Part shown: piece after piece, positions 29,237 through 36,918 of the stretch
How the letters are laid out: each line of letters starts with the position of its first letter
Position numbering within the stretch: the stretch's first letter is position 1
Origin: an uncultured Gammaproteobacteria bacterium
GTDB lineage: Bacteria > Pseudomonadota > Gammaproteobacteria > PS1 > Pseudothioglobaceae
Assembly (NCBI GenBank): GCA_937899995.1
Contig: CALCCK010000007.1
Span: 1-48,060 of the forward strand
DNA length: 48,060 bases
Direction: 5' to 3'
Notes under the pieces: model-generated
What the model saw: the letters and a program-made list of their open reading frames with translations, nothing else
What the model was told of the DNA's origin: nothing
The model's database searches: none
Position numbers and translations under genes: made by a program

Positions 29237-29421
29237 ATGCAATGCAATGTAGGCAGGGAGGACAAAATTGTTAGATTCGTTGCTGGTGTTGTTATTATTG
29301 GTGCAGGATTTATTACGGCTCGTATTTAGGAGTAATTGGCGTTGTATTAGTGCTTACAGGGTTGTTTGGTTTATGTCCTGTTTATTCAATTTTAGGTATA
29401 TCAACTTGTAAAAAAGATTAG
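29237..29421 (+). pseudogene. DUF2892 (YgaP C-terminal-like) small membrane protein gene interrupted by a 1-nt frameshift
   Basis: AAGGAG SD lies 6 nt before the ATG. Frame 1 gives MQCNVGREDKIVRFVAGVVIIGAGFITARI*. A second frame continues GSYLGVIGVVLVLTGLFGLCPVYSILGISTCKKD*. Joined, they match the family pattern N-V-G-x-x-D-[RK]...TG...CP-x-Y-x-x-x-G-x-x-TC. The span is 185 nt, which is not a multiple of 3. Confidence 0.65.
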
Positions 29422-29474
29422 TTCTTCAATCTTTATTATTAAAGGTCTTTTTAAATGGTTGAAAGGGCTTGGGT

Positions 29475-30572
29475 ATGGTTTTATTGACTAAAAATTTTTT
29501 TATTTTTCTATTAATTTTTTTTCTATCTTCTGTTGTTTATTCTAACGCTTTTCAGCTTAAACAGATTGTTTCAGGTTTAGGTATACCTTGGAGTATGGTT
29601 TTTATCTCAAATGATGAAATCTTATTTACCGAGCGCAAGGGCAGAGCGGGTGTACTCAACATTCAATCAGGAAAATTTAACTACTTAACTGGCACTCCAG
29701 AAGTAATGGCAAGTGGTCAAGGTGGTTTGTTAGATGTAGCAAAAGCGCCTGAGTATAAAGAAGGAGATTGGATATATTTTACTTATTCTAAAGCTATTCA
29801 AGATCAAGGCGCCACCACACTTGCCAGAGCACACATAGATGACCATGCATTAAAAGATTGGCAAGATTTAATCATCACAGATTCAAAAACCGATACTAGT
29901 GTGCATTATGGTAGTCGGATAGCGTTTGATGATAAAGGCTATCTTTATTTTTCTATTGGCGATCGTGGTGTCAGGTCCAACGCGCAAGATTTAAATTCAC
30001 ATGCGGGTTCTATTTTAAGGCTGAATCTTGATGGATCTACACCAAAAGATAATCCTTTTGTTGGGCACTCAAATGTCTTGCCACAGATATGGAGTTATGG
30101 TCATCGAAATCCACAAGGACTGGCTTGGGACAATGAAAACAAACGCCTTTGGTCAATCGAGCACGGCCCCAGAGGTGGTGATGAAATTAATCTAATTGAA
30201 GAAGGTAAAAACTATGGTTGGCCTACTATATCTTATGGCAAGGAGTACTGGGGTCCAGTGTCGGTAGGTGAGGGAACACACAAAAAAGGCATGGAACAGC
30301 CGGTAAAAGTTTATGTACCCTCAATAGCACCAGGTAGTTTGCTGTATTACACTGGTGATGCTTTTAAAGACTGGCAGGGTAGTTTATTTTCAGGTGCGCT
30401 TAAACTACGCCATATTAATAGAATTACACTCGACGCACAGGGTAGAGTGGCTGCAGAAGAACGTTTATTTGAAAACCTAGGTGAGCGTATTCGGGCACTC
30501 CTTCAGAGCTCGGAGGGCTGGATATATTTTTCAACAGACAGTGGAAAAATCTATGTTATCAAACCTAAATAA
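29475..30572 (+). CDS. PQQ-dependent soluble sugar (aldose/sorbosone) dehydrogenase, YliI-like, exported
   Basis: Signal peptide, then beta-propeller motifs (GLGIPWSMVF, GQGGLLDVA, HYGSRIAFD, GHRNPQGLAWD, EHGPRGGDEIN). I set the start at the ATG at 29475; the ORF track uses a TTG at 29469. Confidence 0.8.
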   Translation: MVLLTKNFFIFLLIFFLSSVVYSNAFQLKQIVSGLGIPWSMVFISNDEILFTERKGRAGVLNIQSGKFNYLTGTPEVMASGQGGLLDVAKAPEYKEGDWIYFTYSKAIQDQGATTLARAHIDDHALKDWQDLIITDSKTDTSVHYGSRIAFDDKGYLYFSIGDRGVRSNAQDLNSHAGSILRLNLDGSTPKDNPFVGHSNVLPQIWSYGHRNPQGLAWDNENKRLWSIEHGPRGGDEINLIEEGKNYGWPTISYGKEYWGPVSVGEGTHKKGMEQPVKVYVPSIAPGSLLYYTGDAFKDWQGSLFSGALKLRHINRITLDAQGRVAAEERLFENLGERIRALLQSSEGWIYFSTDSGKIYVIKPK

Positions 30573-31197
30573 TACAAAAAAATCGCTATTGAAAAAAATG
30601 CGAAGCAATAGGATTGTTGAGGATGATAAAGTGATAGACGCTTTTCGAGCAATATCCAGAGAGTTATTTGTACCTTTAAACTCTAAAAAAGAGGCATACA
30701 TTGATACTCCACTCAGTATTGGATATAAGCAAACTATTTCTCAGCCTTCTACGGTGTTTTCAATGGTTGAAGCGTTAGAACTTAAAAAAACAGATAAAGT
30801 TTTAGAGGTTGGCTCTGGTAGTGGTTACGAAGCAGCGATTATAAGTCAATTATGCGATCAAGTTTATTCTGTTGAGATTGTGCCAGAGCTGGTTAATTTT
30901 GCTAAGGAAAATCTAGCTAAAGCCAAAATAAATAACGTAGAAATCATACAATATGACGGTGGATTAGGCTATGAGCAGCAAGCACCCTATGATAAGATTA
31001 TTGTATCAGCTGCATGTGTGGAAATCCCACAAGCATTGGTAGAACAGCTAAAAGATGGTGGTATTTTAGTCGCCCCTGTTGGTGATGGCTGTATGCAAGA
31101 AATGATTAAAGGCGTTAAACACAATCAAGTACTAGATGAAACTGATTTGGGAGATTATATCTTTGTGCCATTAACGGGAGAATTTGGAAGAGTATAG
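30553..31197 (+). CDS. pcm: Protein-L-isoaspartate O-methyltransferase
   Basis: QTISQPSTV, the SAM motif VLEVGSGSGYEAA, and PYDKIIVSAA. I set the start at the ATG at 30553 (20-nt overlap with the upstream gene) rather than the ORF-track start at 30481. Confidence 0.85.
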   Translation: MLSNLNNTKKSLLKKMRSNRIVEDDKVIDAFRAISRELFVPLNSKKEAYIDTPLSIGYKQTISQPSTVFSMVEALELKKTDKVLEVGSGSGYEAAIISQLCDQVYSVEIVPELVNFAKENLAKAKINNVEIIQYDGGLGYEQQAPYDKIIVSAACVEIPQALVEQLKDGGILVAPVGDGCMQEMIKGVKHNQVLDETDLGDYIFVPLTGEFGRV

Positions 31198-31233
31198 TAG
31201 TTAGTACCGTTGTTGGATTTTTTATGAGGGATT

Positions 31234-32091
31234 ATGAAAATTTTAATTTTAGGTGGTACAGGATTAATTGGTCGTGCGTTAGAGCGGCATTTATCTGCCG
31301 ATCATCAGGTTGAATGTGTTGACCGTTCAGCTTTTGTTAACCAAGACGCCTTGAACAAACTGGTTCAAGGTAGGGATTTAATTATTAAACTTTCTGGCGC
31401 TAATATTATTAAGCGCTGGAATACAGCTTATAAGCAAGAGATCTGGGATAGTCGGGTTAAAACCAGTCAGCAATTAAAGACTTCTTTAGATTTGTTAACA
31501 ATTAAACCACGTATTTTTTGTGCATCAGCAGTTGGATTTTATCCTGAGTCATTATGTAGCCAACCTTTTAATGAAGATTATCAACACTCAGGCACTGGTT
31601 TTTTGTCTGATCTTGTTGTAGCTTGGGAGCAGCAATCAAAAACTCTTGCTGAGAATGTGTTAATTTTTAGATTTGGGGTGGTGTTATCAGTGAAGGGTGG
31701 TGCGCTTGGTCAGATGCTGTTGCCATTCAAATTGGGGTTTGGCGGTCCAGTAGCCGGTGGAAAGCAATGTTTTTCGTGGATTCATGTAGATGATTTACTC
31801 AAGGCATTTTCTTATGCTATTGAACATCTAGATATGCAAGGTGTGTTTAACCTAACTTCTCCAAACCCTATTACACAGGCTAAATTTGGTCAAACCTTAG
31901 CAAGTTTATTACACCGACCTTTTTTAATACCCTTATTCAAATGGCAAGTTAAATTGTTATTTGGTGAAGGCTCCCAGGTGTTAACGCAGGGTGTATCAGT
32001 AGTTCCTAAAAAATTGCTTCAATTAGGTTTTAAATTTGATTATGTAGAGGTAAGATCGGCATTAAAAGATGTTATTAATAATAAAAAGTAA
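31234..32091 (+). CDS. Atypical SDR / epimerase-family protein, YfcH-like (TIGR01777 type)
   Basis: MKILILGGTGLIGRAL Rossmann motif, and a C-terminal region typical of the YfcH/DUF1731 tail (GEGSQVLTQGVSVVPKKLLQLGFKF). Confidence 0.75.
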   Translation: MKILILGGTGLIGRALERHLSADHQVECVDRSAFVNQDALNKLVQGRDLIIKLSGANIIKRWNTAYKQEIWDSRVKTSQQLKTSLDLLTIKPRIFCASAVGFYPESLCSQPFNEDYQHSGTGFLSDLVVAWEQQSKTLAENVLIFRFGVVLSVKGGALGQMLLPFKLGFGGPVAGGKQCFSWIHVDDLLKAFSYAIEHLDMQGVFNLTSPNPITQAKFGQTLASLLHRPFLIPLFKWQVKLLFGEGSQVLTQGVSVVPKKLLQLGFKFDYVEVRSALKDVINNKK

Positions 32092-32101
32092 TGTCGAATC
32101 T

Positions 32102-32635
32102 TTAATTGGTTTTTTGTAAAGTGGATAAATCTTTAAGTATCTCTTGAATATGAGTTTGTGGATCTACACCCCTGTAGATCTTAACAATATCACCTGTTGG
32201 ATTAATGATAAAGCTGTTCCTTTTAGCAAACTTAATAATCCAATAATCTCCTAAAGAATCATATTGTTTGGCTACTTTTCCACCTGGATCAGAAAGAATA
32301 GAAAAAGGCAGTTTATTTTTCTTAGAAAATTTTTGATGGGATTCTACATCATCTAAGCTAATGCCAAACACAATTGCACGCTTGGCAATGATGTGATTAA
32401 TAGCATCACGAAAATTACAGGCTTCGGTTGTGCAGCCCGGTGTGTCGTCTTTGGGGTAGAAATATAACACTACCCACTGACCTTGGTAATCACCCAGCGT
32501 GTGTTGTGCATTGTGTTGATCAATCAGCGTAAAATTCGGCGCTCGTTGGCCTAGCTCAAGGGCTGCTTGTGATTGATTAAATAAAGTGAGCAGACTAAGC
32601 ATAACTAAAAATTTTTTAATAAAAGTAAGTAGCAT
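32102..32635 (-). CDS. bcp: Exported thiol peroxidase, Bcp/PrxQ-type peroxiredoxin
   Basis: N-terminal signal peptide, then APNFTL...VVLYFYPKDDTPGCTTEACNFRD (peroxidatic Cys-x4-Cys). Confidence 0.85.
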   Translation of the reverse strand: MLLTFIKKFLVMLSLLTLFNQSQAALELGQRAPNFTLIDQHNAQHTLGDYQGQWVVLYFYPKDDTPGCTTEACNFRDAINHIIAKRAIVFGISLDDVESHQKFSKKNKLPFSILSDPGGKVAKQYDSLGDYWIIKFAKRNSFIINPTGDIVKIYRGVDPQTHIQEILKDLSTLQKTN

Positions 32636-32643
32636 AACAATTT

Positions 32644-32688
32644 AATTATTAATAATTATATTAATACTTTAGCATAATTATTAATAAT
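32644..32688. promoter_or_regulatory. Two copies of the palindromic box (A)ATTATTAATAAT in the bcp / DUF411 divergent intergenic region; candidate operator
   Basis: The 12-bp perfect palindrome ATTATTAATAAT occurs at 32645-32656 and 32677-32688, centres 32 bp apart. The AT-rich background lowers its significance. Confidence 0.3.
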
Positions 32689-32780
32689 CTTAGTGGTATT
32701 TACAAATACACTAATCTATCTTAAGTAATATAAGACTCCATACTTAGGTTAAAATGTATTTTTTAAAAATTAAAGTCAGT

Positions 32781-33245
32781 ATGAATTTCGGTAAAAAAGC
32801 ACACATTGTTTCAACCCTCAGTTTTTTTGTAACCGCACTTACATTTAGCCCTATAGCTCACTCAGCAGAGACAATAGAGGTTTGGAAATCTCCAACTTGT
32901 GGTTGTTGTAAAAAATGGGTTTCTCATCTAGAGAAGAATGGCTTTAGTGTTATTACGCATAATACTAAAAAGATGCAATCAATTAAAGATGATTTTGGCG
33001 TACCTAAAAAGTTAAGAAGTTGCCATACAGCTAAAATTGGTCAATATGTTATTGAAGGTCATGTACCTGCCAGTGATATTAATGAGCTTTTAAAAACAAA
33101 TCCAAAAGATGTTAAAGTGTTGAGCGCTCCAGGCATGCCTGCCGGCTCTCCTGGTATGGAAATGGGAAAACGATTTGACCCTTACCCAACAGTGACATAC
33201 AACACAAATAAAGAATTTACTCTATTTAATTATCATTCTGAATAA
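32781..33245 (+). CDS. DUF411 family periplasmic metal-binding protein (CopG-like)
   Basis: Signal peptide, then the WKSPTCGCCKKW motif, CHT, GHVP and GMPAGSPGME motifs typical of DUF411. I set the start at the ATG at 32781; the ORF-track start is 32754. Confidence 0.75.
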   Translation: MNFGKKAHIVSTLSFFVTALTFSPIAHSAETIEVWKSPTCGCCKKWVSHLEKNGFSVITHNTKKMQSIKDDFGVPKKLRSCHTAKIGQYVIEGHVPASDINELLKTNPKDVKVLSAPGMPAGSPGMEMGKRFDPYPTVTYNTNKEFTLFNYHSE

Positions 33246-33274
33246 ATCATCGATTCAAATTAGGAACACGTAAA

Positions 33275-33751
33275 ATGAAAAAAATATTCGCAACTACTTT
33301 AATGTCTTTAATTTTAATGAATGTATCTTTTGCTGGCGCAGGTAGCATGGGTCATGGTCATGACTCACAACATTGGGATGCACCATTCTATGTTAAATAT
33401 TGGTATAACAACCCTATCTCGGCTAATACGCATTCAGTTAACCAAGGTGAGCAGATTTTTCAGAAAAATTGTATCAGTTGTCATGGCAAAAGTGCTCGTG
33501 GTGATGGTCCTTTAGCTAAAACACTAATGCCTAAGCCGACTAATTTAAGAATGATGTCTGGTATGCACGCAGATGGTGATTTTGCTTGGAAGATCAGTAA
33601 TGGCAGAGGGGCAATGCCAGCATGGAAGGAAACACTCAAACAAGAGAAAATATGGCATGTGGTTAATTATATTCAATCGCTAGCTAAAAGAACTAAGTTA
33701 GCTAAGAGTGAATCATCCCATGCTCATGATGACCAAAGTCACGGTCACTAA
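33275..33751 (+). CDS. Exported class I c-type cytochrome with His-rich N- and C-terminal tails
   Basis: Signal peptide, haem motif CISCH, and the distal Met region GRGAMPAW. Tails are GSMGHGHDSQHW and SESSHAHDDQSHGH. Confidence 0.8.
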   Translation: MKKIFATTLMSLILMNVSFAGAGSMGHGHDSQHWDAPFYVKYWYNNPISANTHSVNQGEQIFQKNCISCHGKSARGDGPLAKTLMPKPTNLRMMSGMHADGDFAWKISNGRGAMPAWKETLKQEKIWHVVNYIQSLAKRTKLAKSESSHAHDDQSHGH

Positions 33752-33774
33752 TGAATAGAGTATAAAAGTCACAC

Positions 33775-33805
33775 AAAAAATCCTGTATTAGCAGGATTTT
33801 TTTTT
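33775..33805 (+). terminator. Rho-independent terminator (A-run, stem, T-run; could act in both directions)
   Basis: AAAAAATCCTG / CAGGATTTTTT with a 6-nt loop, then T9. Confidence 0.8.
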
Positions 33806-33884
33806 GATCATTTATGATCACATTTTCATAGAGTTATATCAACACTCTACGCTTATTAAATAATATTTTTAGATCAATTTTAAC

Positions 33885-33913
33885 TTGTACCTCGTTTAAA
33901 CGAAGTGTATAGT
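33885..33913 (+). promoter_or_regulatory. Putative sigma70 promoter for the gene at 33952, with a 12-bp palindrome in the spacer
   Basis: TTGTAC (33885-33890), 17-nt spacer, TATAGT (33908-33913). The spacer contains the perfect palindrome TCGTTTAAACGA (33892-33903). Confidence 0.35.
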
Positions 33914-33951
33914 TCAATTTAACACTTTTTTAAATTCTTGAGAGGAGCAAC

Positions 33952-34395
33952 ATGAAAATAACAGCAGTAAAATTATGTATCGGCTTAGCGCTGGCTATCA
34001 GTACAATAGTACAGTCTAATTGGGGTAATTCAGCAAGGATGATGCCATTTAGCGGCCAAGGTTTTTCTCAACAAATGCAGCCTTTTAGTGGTAACAGTAT
34101 GCCGTGGGGTGGTGGTCAAAGTTATAACCAATCAAGATATCAGCCCAGATACAATCCTTACAATCGTGGAGGCTATGGCAGGGGTTATCAGCAAGCACCA
34201 CAAGTGCAGCCTTTTGGGGGTATGAGTATGATGCCTTTTAGTGGCATGTCGCAACCTCAAACTCAATATCGTCAGCAACAATCATCATTTATGATGCCAG
34301 GCATGGATCAAGGTATTCGTTCCATGATGGAGCCTGGAAAAATCATGGCAGAAGAAGCAACACCAGGCATGTACATGAAACCAACTTGGCGTTAA
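33952..34395 (+). CDS. Sec-exported Met/Gln/Pro/Gly-rich low-complexity protein, uncharacterised
   Basis: GAGGAG SD. Signal peptide …AISTIVQS|NWG. Repeated MMPFSG / QPFSG / MMPGM units plus NPYNRGGYGRGY. By my count about 16 Met in ~125 mature residues. Confidence 0.6.
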   Translation: MKITAVKLCIGLALAISTIVQSNWGNSARMMPFSGQGFSQQMQPFSGNSMPWGGGQSYNQSRYQPRYNPYNRGGYGRGYQQAPQVQPFGGMSMMPFSGMSQPQTQYRQQQSSFMMPGMDQGIRSMMEPGKIMAEEATPGMYMKPTWR

Positions 34396-34446
34396 ATTAA
34401 TTTTATCAATTCAACACACAAGCTTCATACAACTTGAAGCGCTATA

Positions 34447-34983
34447 ATGCCAGTATTAGTAGAGGCGACCTCAGTAATAATCAAGCGCTCAGCCATTGAT
34501 GAAAAATGGCCTGGAGGCTGGGAGTCATTTGTACGAGACGTTCCTAATCAAACACTTTGTGCCGACACTTTGCTTGCACGAGTAGGTTTTATGAACCCAG
34601 ATGATGTTGAATCGTATATAAATTCACTTAAGAAGAAGGGCTTTAAATATTTAAGCAAAACTGATGAGGATGATTTAATTATCGCTGATCAACTGCAAGG
34701 ATTATATGTCGATTGTAATTGGGCGCAGTTTGGCTATGTTAATCATGATCAAGATTCTGAGGAAAGGGTGGCAGCATGTATTCATGTTGATGACAAAGAC
34801 GATCCTATCATGACACCAGATTGGTGGAAATTTGAAGGATCCTTAAGTCATACATTTGCATTTGCACCATCAGAACTTGTGGATAAGAGTTTGAAATTTT
34901 TAAGACATGAAAATGGTGTAGATGTATATTTAAATAAATTAACAGGTGAAGAAGTTTATTCAAGCAGAACTGGAGAAAGATAA
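34447..34983 (+). CDS. Hypothetical cytoplasmic protein (178 aa), no family recognised
   Basis: Long ORF with ordinary globular composition (MPVLVEATSVIIKRSAIDEKWPGGWESF...). No signal peptide or TM segment. No motif I can name. Confidence 0.5.
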   Translation: MPVLVEATSVIIKRSAIDEKWPGGWESFVRDVPNQTLCADTLLARVGFMNPDDVESYINSLKKKGFKYLSKTDEDDLIIADQLQGLYVDCNWAQFGYVNHDQDSEERVAACIHVDDKDDPIMTPDWWKFEGSLSHTFAFAPSELVDKSLKFLRHENGVDVYLNKLTGEEVYSSRTGER

Positions 34984-34994
34984 TTAAAAGTCAA

Positions 34995-35021
34995 ATTTGA
35001 ATAATGTTACAATATTCAAAT
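34995..35021. promoter_or_regulatory. Perfect 9-bp inverted repeat overlapping the -10-like element and start codon of the umuD-like gene; candidate operator
   Basis: ATTTGAATA (34995-35003), 9-nt spacer, TATTCAAAT (35013-35021). The spacer contains TGT-TACAAT (extended -10, hexamer at 35008-35013). The ATG is at 35020. Confidence 0.4.
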
Positions 35022-35607
35022 GAATACAAAAATACAAAACCATGGCGGTGCTAGAGCGGGCGCTGGACGTAAGAAAAATTCGGGTAAATTTAAGGAAAAT
35101 ACCAAGGTGATGCGCGTACCGGCTAGCTTGGTCGATACGGTCAAATCAACACTTGAGGTGTATAGGTCACAATTAAAGTCTGATGTTGTCGTGTCCTTGC
35201 CGGCTGATAATGCAGCTGATATTACTACTCCTATTTTTACCTCACGTGTGCAGGCGGGTTTTCCCTCCCCTGCAGATGATCACTTAGAGGATAGGCTTGA
35301 TTTAAACAAGTATTTGATTCATCATCGAGAGGCTACTTTTTTTGTGCGTGCACAAGGTGAATCTATGCTTGGTGCAGGGATCCATCCTGGTGATATTCTA
35401 GTGGTGGATAAGTCTCTTATTGCTAAAAGCGGTAAGATAGTGATTGCCGTGGTGGATGGTGAGTTTACAGTTAAGCGTCTTCATAAATACAAGGGCAAGA
35501 TTACTTTAAAAGCAGAAAACCCTGAGTTTGACGATATTGTCATTAGCGAGGGTAGTGAGCTTATTATTTGGGGTGTGGTTACCTCGGTAATCCACCAATA
35601 TGCCTAA
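35020..35607 (+). CDS. umuD: UmuD-like S24 self-cleaving peptidase (Pol V accessory subunit) with a ~55-aa basic N-terminal extension
   Basis: Ala-Gly cleavage site in [10 protein letters not shown], catalytic Ser in QGESM, Lys in FTVKRL. Extension: [37 protein letters not shown]. 8-nt overlap with umuC. Confidence 0.85.
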   Translation: MNTKIQNHGGARAGAGRKKNSGKFKENTKVMRVPASLVDTVKSTLEVYRSQLKSDVVVSLPADNAADITTPIFTSRVQAGFPSPADDHLEDRLDLNKYLIHHREATFFVRAQGESMLGAGIHPGDILVVDKSLIAKSGKIVIAVVDGEFTVKRLHKYKGKITLKAENPEFDDIVISEGSELIIWGVVTSVIHQYA

Positions 35608-36850
35608 GTTTAATCAACAAAAGTTTGCACTGGTTGATTGTAATAATTTTTATGCTTCGTGCGAACGAGTGTTTGATCCAAAATTAGAACGACAACCTAT
35701 CGTTGTACTTAGTAATAATGATGGCTGTGTGATTGCACGTTCGAATGAAGCTAAAGCGCTCGGTATTAAGATGGGCGTGCCGTATTATCAAATCAAGGAT
35801 TTAATGATTGATAAGTCGGTGGTGATTAAGTCGTCAAACTATCCTTTGTATGGTGATATGTCGTCACGAGTGATGAGTATTGTTGGTGAGTATGCACCTA
35901 TTCAAGAAGTGTATTCGATTGATGAGAGTTTTTTAGATTTATCAGGGCTGATGGTGAATTTGAATGCGCATATGCAAGCACTTAAAAGTCAAGTTAAATT
36001 ATGGACAGGGGTGCCGGTTTGTATTGGCATTGGTCATACCAAGGTGCGGGCAAAGTTGGCTAATCGTATTGCTAAGATTTACCCAAGATTTAATGGGGTG
36101 TTTGATATTGATTTATTGTCTGACAGTCGATTTGAGAAGTTGTTAGCTTCAGTTGATGTGGGGGATATTTGGGGTGTAGGGTCAAAATCAGCGTTTAAGC
36201 TTAATCGTGTTGGCATTACAACGGCACTCAATTTTTACAAGGCGGATATTGGTATTATTGAAACCTTACTAGGGGTGAATGGAAAACGCATCTATCGAGA
36301 GCTGTATGGGTATTCTTGCTTGGCGATAGAGGAGATAGCACCACCAAGACGACAGATTGTGTTTTCTCGTTCGTTTGGGAATGATTTAAGCGCTTTTGAT
36401 GAGATTAACCAAGCATTGACCATATTGACAAGAAAAGCCGTTAATAAGCTTAATAGGCAGTCTTTGGCAACCACCTCGATGAGCGTGTTTATCTGTACCA
36501 ATCCTTTTAAGAAGAATATGCCTTACATTAACTTGTCAAAAACCATTGGCATGAGTGTACCAATTAGCGATGAAAAATTACTCATCCCTTTGTGTGCAAA
36601 ATTATTAAAGCAAATTTATGAGCCAGGTTATGGGTTTTACAAAGGTGGTGTGATAATGGGTAATTTAACTTTAGACAAAAGCCAGCAAGATTTGTTTGTG
36701 GCTAATGACAAGAATACTCAATTAAGCAATCATCCCTATGGGCATTTATTACGTTATGCTAGTGAACTGGGTAATGATCGCTGGTTGCCAAGGGCAGAAT
36801 TTCAATCCAATCGATTCACAACACATTGGAATGAGTTGCTAAGTGTATGA
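35600..36850 (+). CDS. umuC: Y-family DNA polymerase V catalytic subunit UmuC
   Basis: [19 protein letters not shown]...[25 protein letters not shown] is collinear with my recollection of the E. coli UmuC N terminus. Confidence 0.9.
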   Translation: MPKFNQQKFALVDCNNFYASCERVFDPKLERQPIVVLSNNDGCVIARSNEAKALGIKMGVPYYQIKDLMIDKSVVIKSSNYPLYGDMSSRVMSIVGEYAPIQEVYSIDESFLDLSGLMVNLNAHMQALKSQVKLWTGVPVCIGIGHTKVRAKLANRIAKIYPRFNGVFDIDLLSDSRFEKLLASVDVGDIWGVGSKSAFKLNRVGITTALNFYKADIGIIETLLGVNGKRIYRELYGYSCLAIEEIAPPRRQIVFSRSFGNDLSAFDEINQALTILTRKAVNKLNRQSLATTSMSVFICTNPFKKNMPYINLSKTIGMSVPISDEKLLIPLCAKLLKQIYEPGYGFYKGGVIMGNLTLDKSQQDLFVANDKNTQLSNHPYGHLLRYASELGNDRWLPRAEFQSNRFTTHWNELLSV

Positions 36851-36918
36851 ACAATAAAAACCCCTGTTTTATATAGGGTTTAATAGGTTAAATTTTACTT
36901 TTAGGTAGTAGGTAACCG

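Noticed and set aside
34940-35020. A canonical gammaproteobacterial LexA/SOS box (CTGT-N8-ACAG) upstream of umuD. I also looked upstream of ssb/MFS.
   Set aside because: I found no CTGT...ACAG dyad by eye. Only the AT-rich ATTTGAATA-N9-TATTCAAAT repeat is present, and it is reported separately. A PSSM scan is still needed.
2344-36850. Calling the urea block or the umuDC region a mobile element or genomic island with defined ends.
   Set aside because: There is no integrase, transposase, tRNA target or flanking direct or inverted repeat. Only a soft compositional impression supports it, so it is reported as a hypothesis and not as a mobile_element feature.
36857-36885. A possible bidirectional terminator between the convergent umuC and ssb genes (AACCCCT...AGGGTT).
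   Set aside because: The stem is short and imperfect and has no clean T-run on either strand. This is too weak to annotate.
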